Assembly: GCA_051531975.1 (NCBI GenBank)
Contig: JAOPTT010000006.1
Location: forward strand, 352,656 to 416,655
Reading direction: 5' to 3'
Length of the DNA stretch: 64,000 nucleotides
Source of the DNA: Spirochaetaceae bacterium
GTDB taxonomy: Bacteria; Spirochaetota; Spirochaetia; DSM-2461
The position numbers and the translations under genes are program-made. Numbering within the stretch: position 1 is the first letter of the stretch; every line of letters begins with the position of its first letter. Shown here one piece after another: positions 63,179 through 64,000 of the stretch. The notes under the pieces were generated by a model, which saw only the letters and a list, made by a program, of their open reading frames with translations, had not been told where the DNA came from and did no database searches.

Positions 63179-64000
63179 ATGAGCTGGTCTGACGATGATT
63201 TTAAAGAGATCGATCTAGGTGACAAAAGATTGAATGCAATAATAATCAGGTTATGTGATACTCTCTCCGAATTACCAGAGAGTCCAATAAACCAGGCATG
63301 TGTAGATTAGACTGAGACAAAGGCTACTTATCGTTTATTTCATAACGAAAATGTTGATGCAGACCAAATTATGGCTACTCACCGAAATAAAACTGTAGAA
63401 AGGGCAAGTAAACTAAGTACTGTTCTTGTTATTCAGGATACTAGCTATCTTATTTACACCAGTAATACAAAGACAATAGGATTAGGGACAATATCACTGA
63501 AGAAGGGAGAGAATATCGATAAAATATATTCTCAAGGTCTAGTTATGCATACATGCCTTGCCTTAACTACTTCAGGGACTCCTTTGAGGCTAATCGATCA
63601 GAACATATTTGCTCGACAACTACGTCCAGAAAATCAGCGTCGATCAATGGGAGGAAAGTACATTCAAGATGTTTTACCAGTTGAAAGAAAGGAAAGTTTT
63701 CGTTGGATAAAAGCTTTACAGAAAACGATGAAAACTTCTATTGGTGAGAAGACTGTAACTGTATGTGACAGAGAATGTGATTTTTATGATTTTTTAAAGC
63801 AGCAAAAAACTATTGATACATCAGTTTTGGTACGTGCATTTCAAAATAGGACAATTAATCGGAGCAGTAGATATGCCCAATAAGGTGTACCGAAACTGTG
63901 GGCTTTTATGGAATCTCAACCAGATGCAGGATCATACACTGTAGATATTACTGCAAGAAAGAAGAATAGATACTGCAAAGGTCGAATGGCAAGGAGTGCA
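63179..64000 (+). pseudogene. IS4-family (IS50/Tn5-like) transposase pseudogene, runs off the window end
   Basis: LGDKRLN, KATYRLF.N, IQDTS, ES.RW, VCDRECD; in-frame TAG at 63308-63310 and TAA at 63881-63883. Confidence 0.88.

Noticed and set aside
62985..63182. 65-aa plus-strand ORF
   Set aside because: Antisense to the DUF6788-like remnant; no coding features

Overview
Strongly AT-rich bacterial chromosomal window, most likely from a free-living spirochaete. This is an inference from the rpsO-pnp-dut-lipoprotein-lptF-lptG-tgt-HEAT gene order and the 'FAxGxxE'-type N-termini of exported proteins. 1-16 kb is mostly housekeeping (cspA, a DEDDh exonuclease, rnhA, an HD-GYP-like protein, tgt, lptFG, dut, pnp, rpsO, pyrE, pdxTS-pdxR). 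The most unusual locus is 16.4-22.1 kb: one tightly coupled operon joining a cytochrome bd (CydA with no Q-loop, divergent CydB) to an incomplete Rnf set (rnfD, G, E, A, a 60-aa Cys-rich membrane protein and a 100-aa mini-RnfB; no rnfC). It may be a quinol-independent, Rnf-fed terminal oxidase. A second redox locus (36.0-40.5 kb: ApbE, Ndh2 with a membrane tail, a polyprenyl synthase and an exported protein with a flavinylation-type motif) resembles flavin-based extracellular electron transfer loci. 41.2-59.5 kb encodes a ~4,880-aa exported multidomain protein between two translationally coupled partners, one a DUF3160 lipoprotein. The right end holds a Flavo-1-like structured RNA, a stand-alone NACHT NTPase (candidate antiphage), a group II intron 3' remnant and two degraded mobile-element genes. 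A 28-bp GGAGG-containing tandem repeat lies at 282-416. All assignments are by eye from motifs; no database searches were run.
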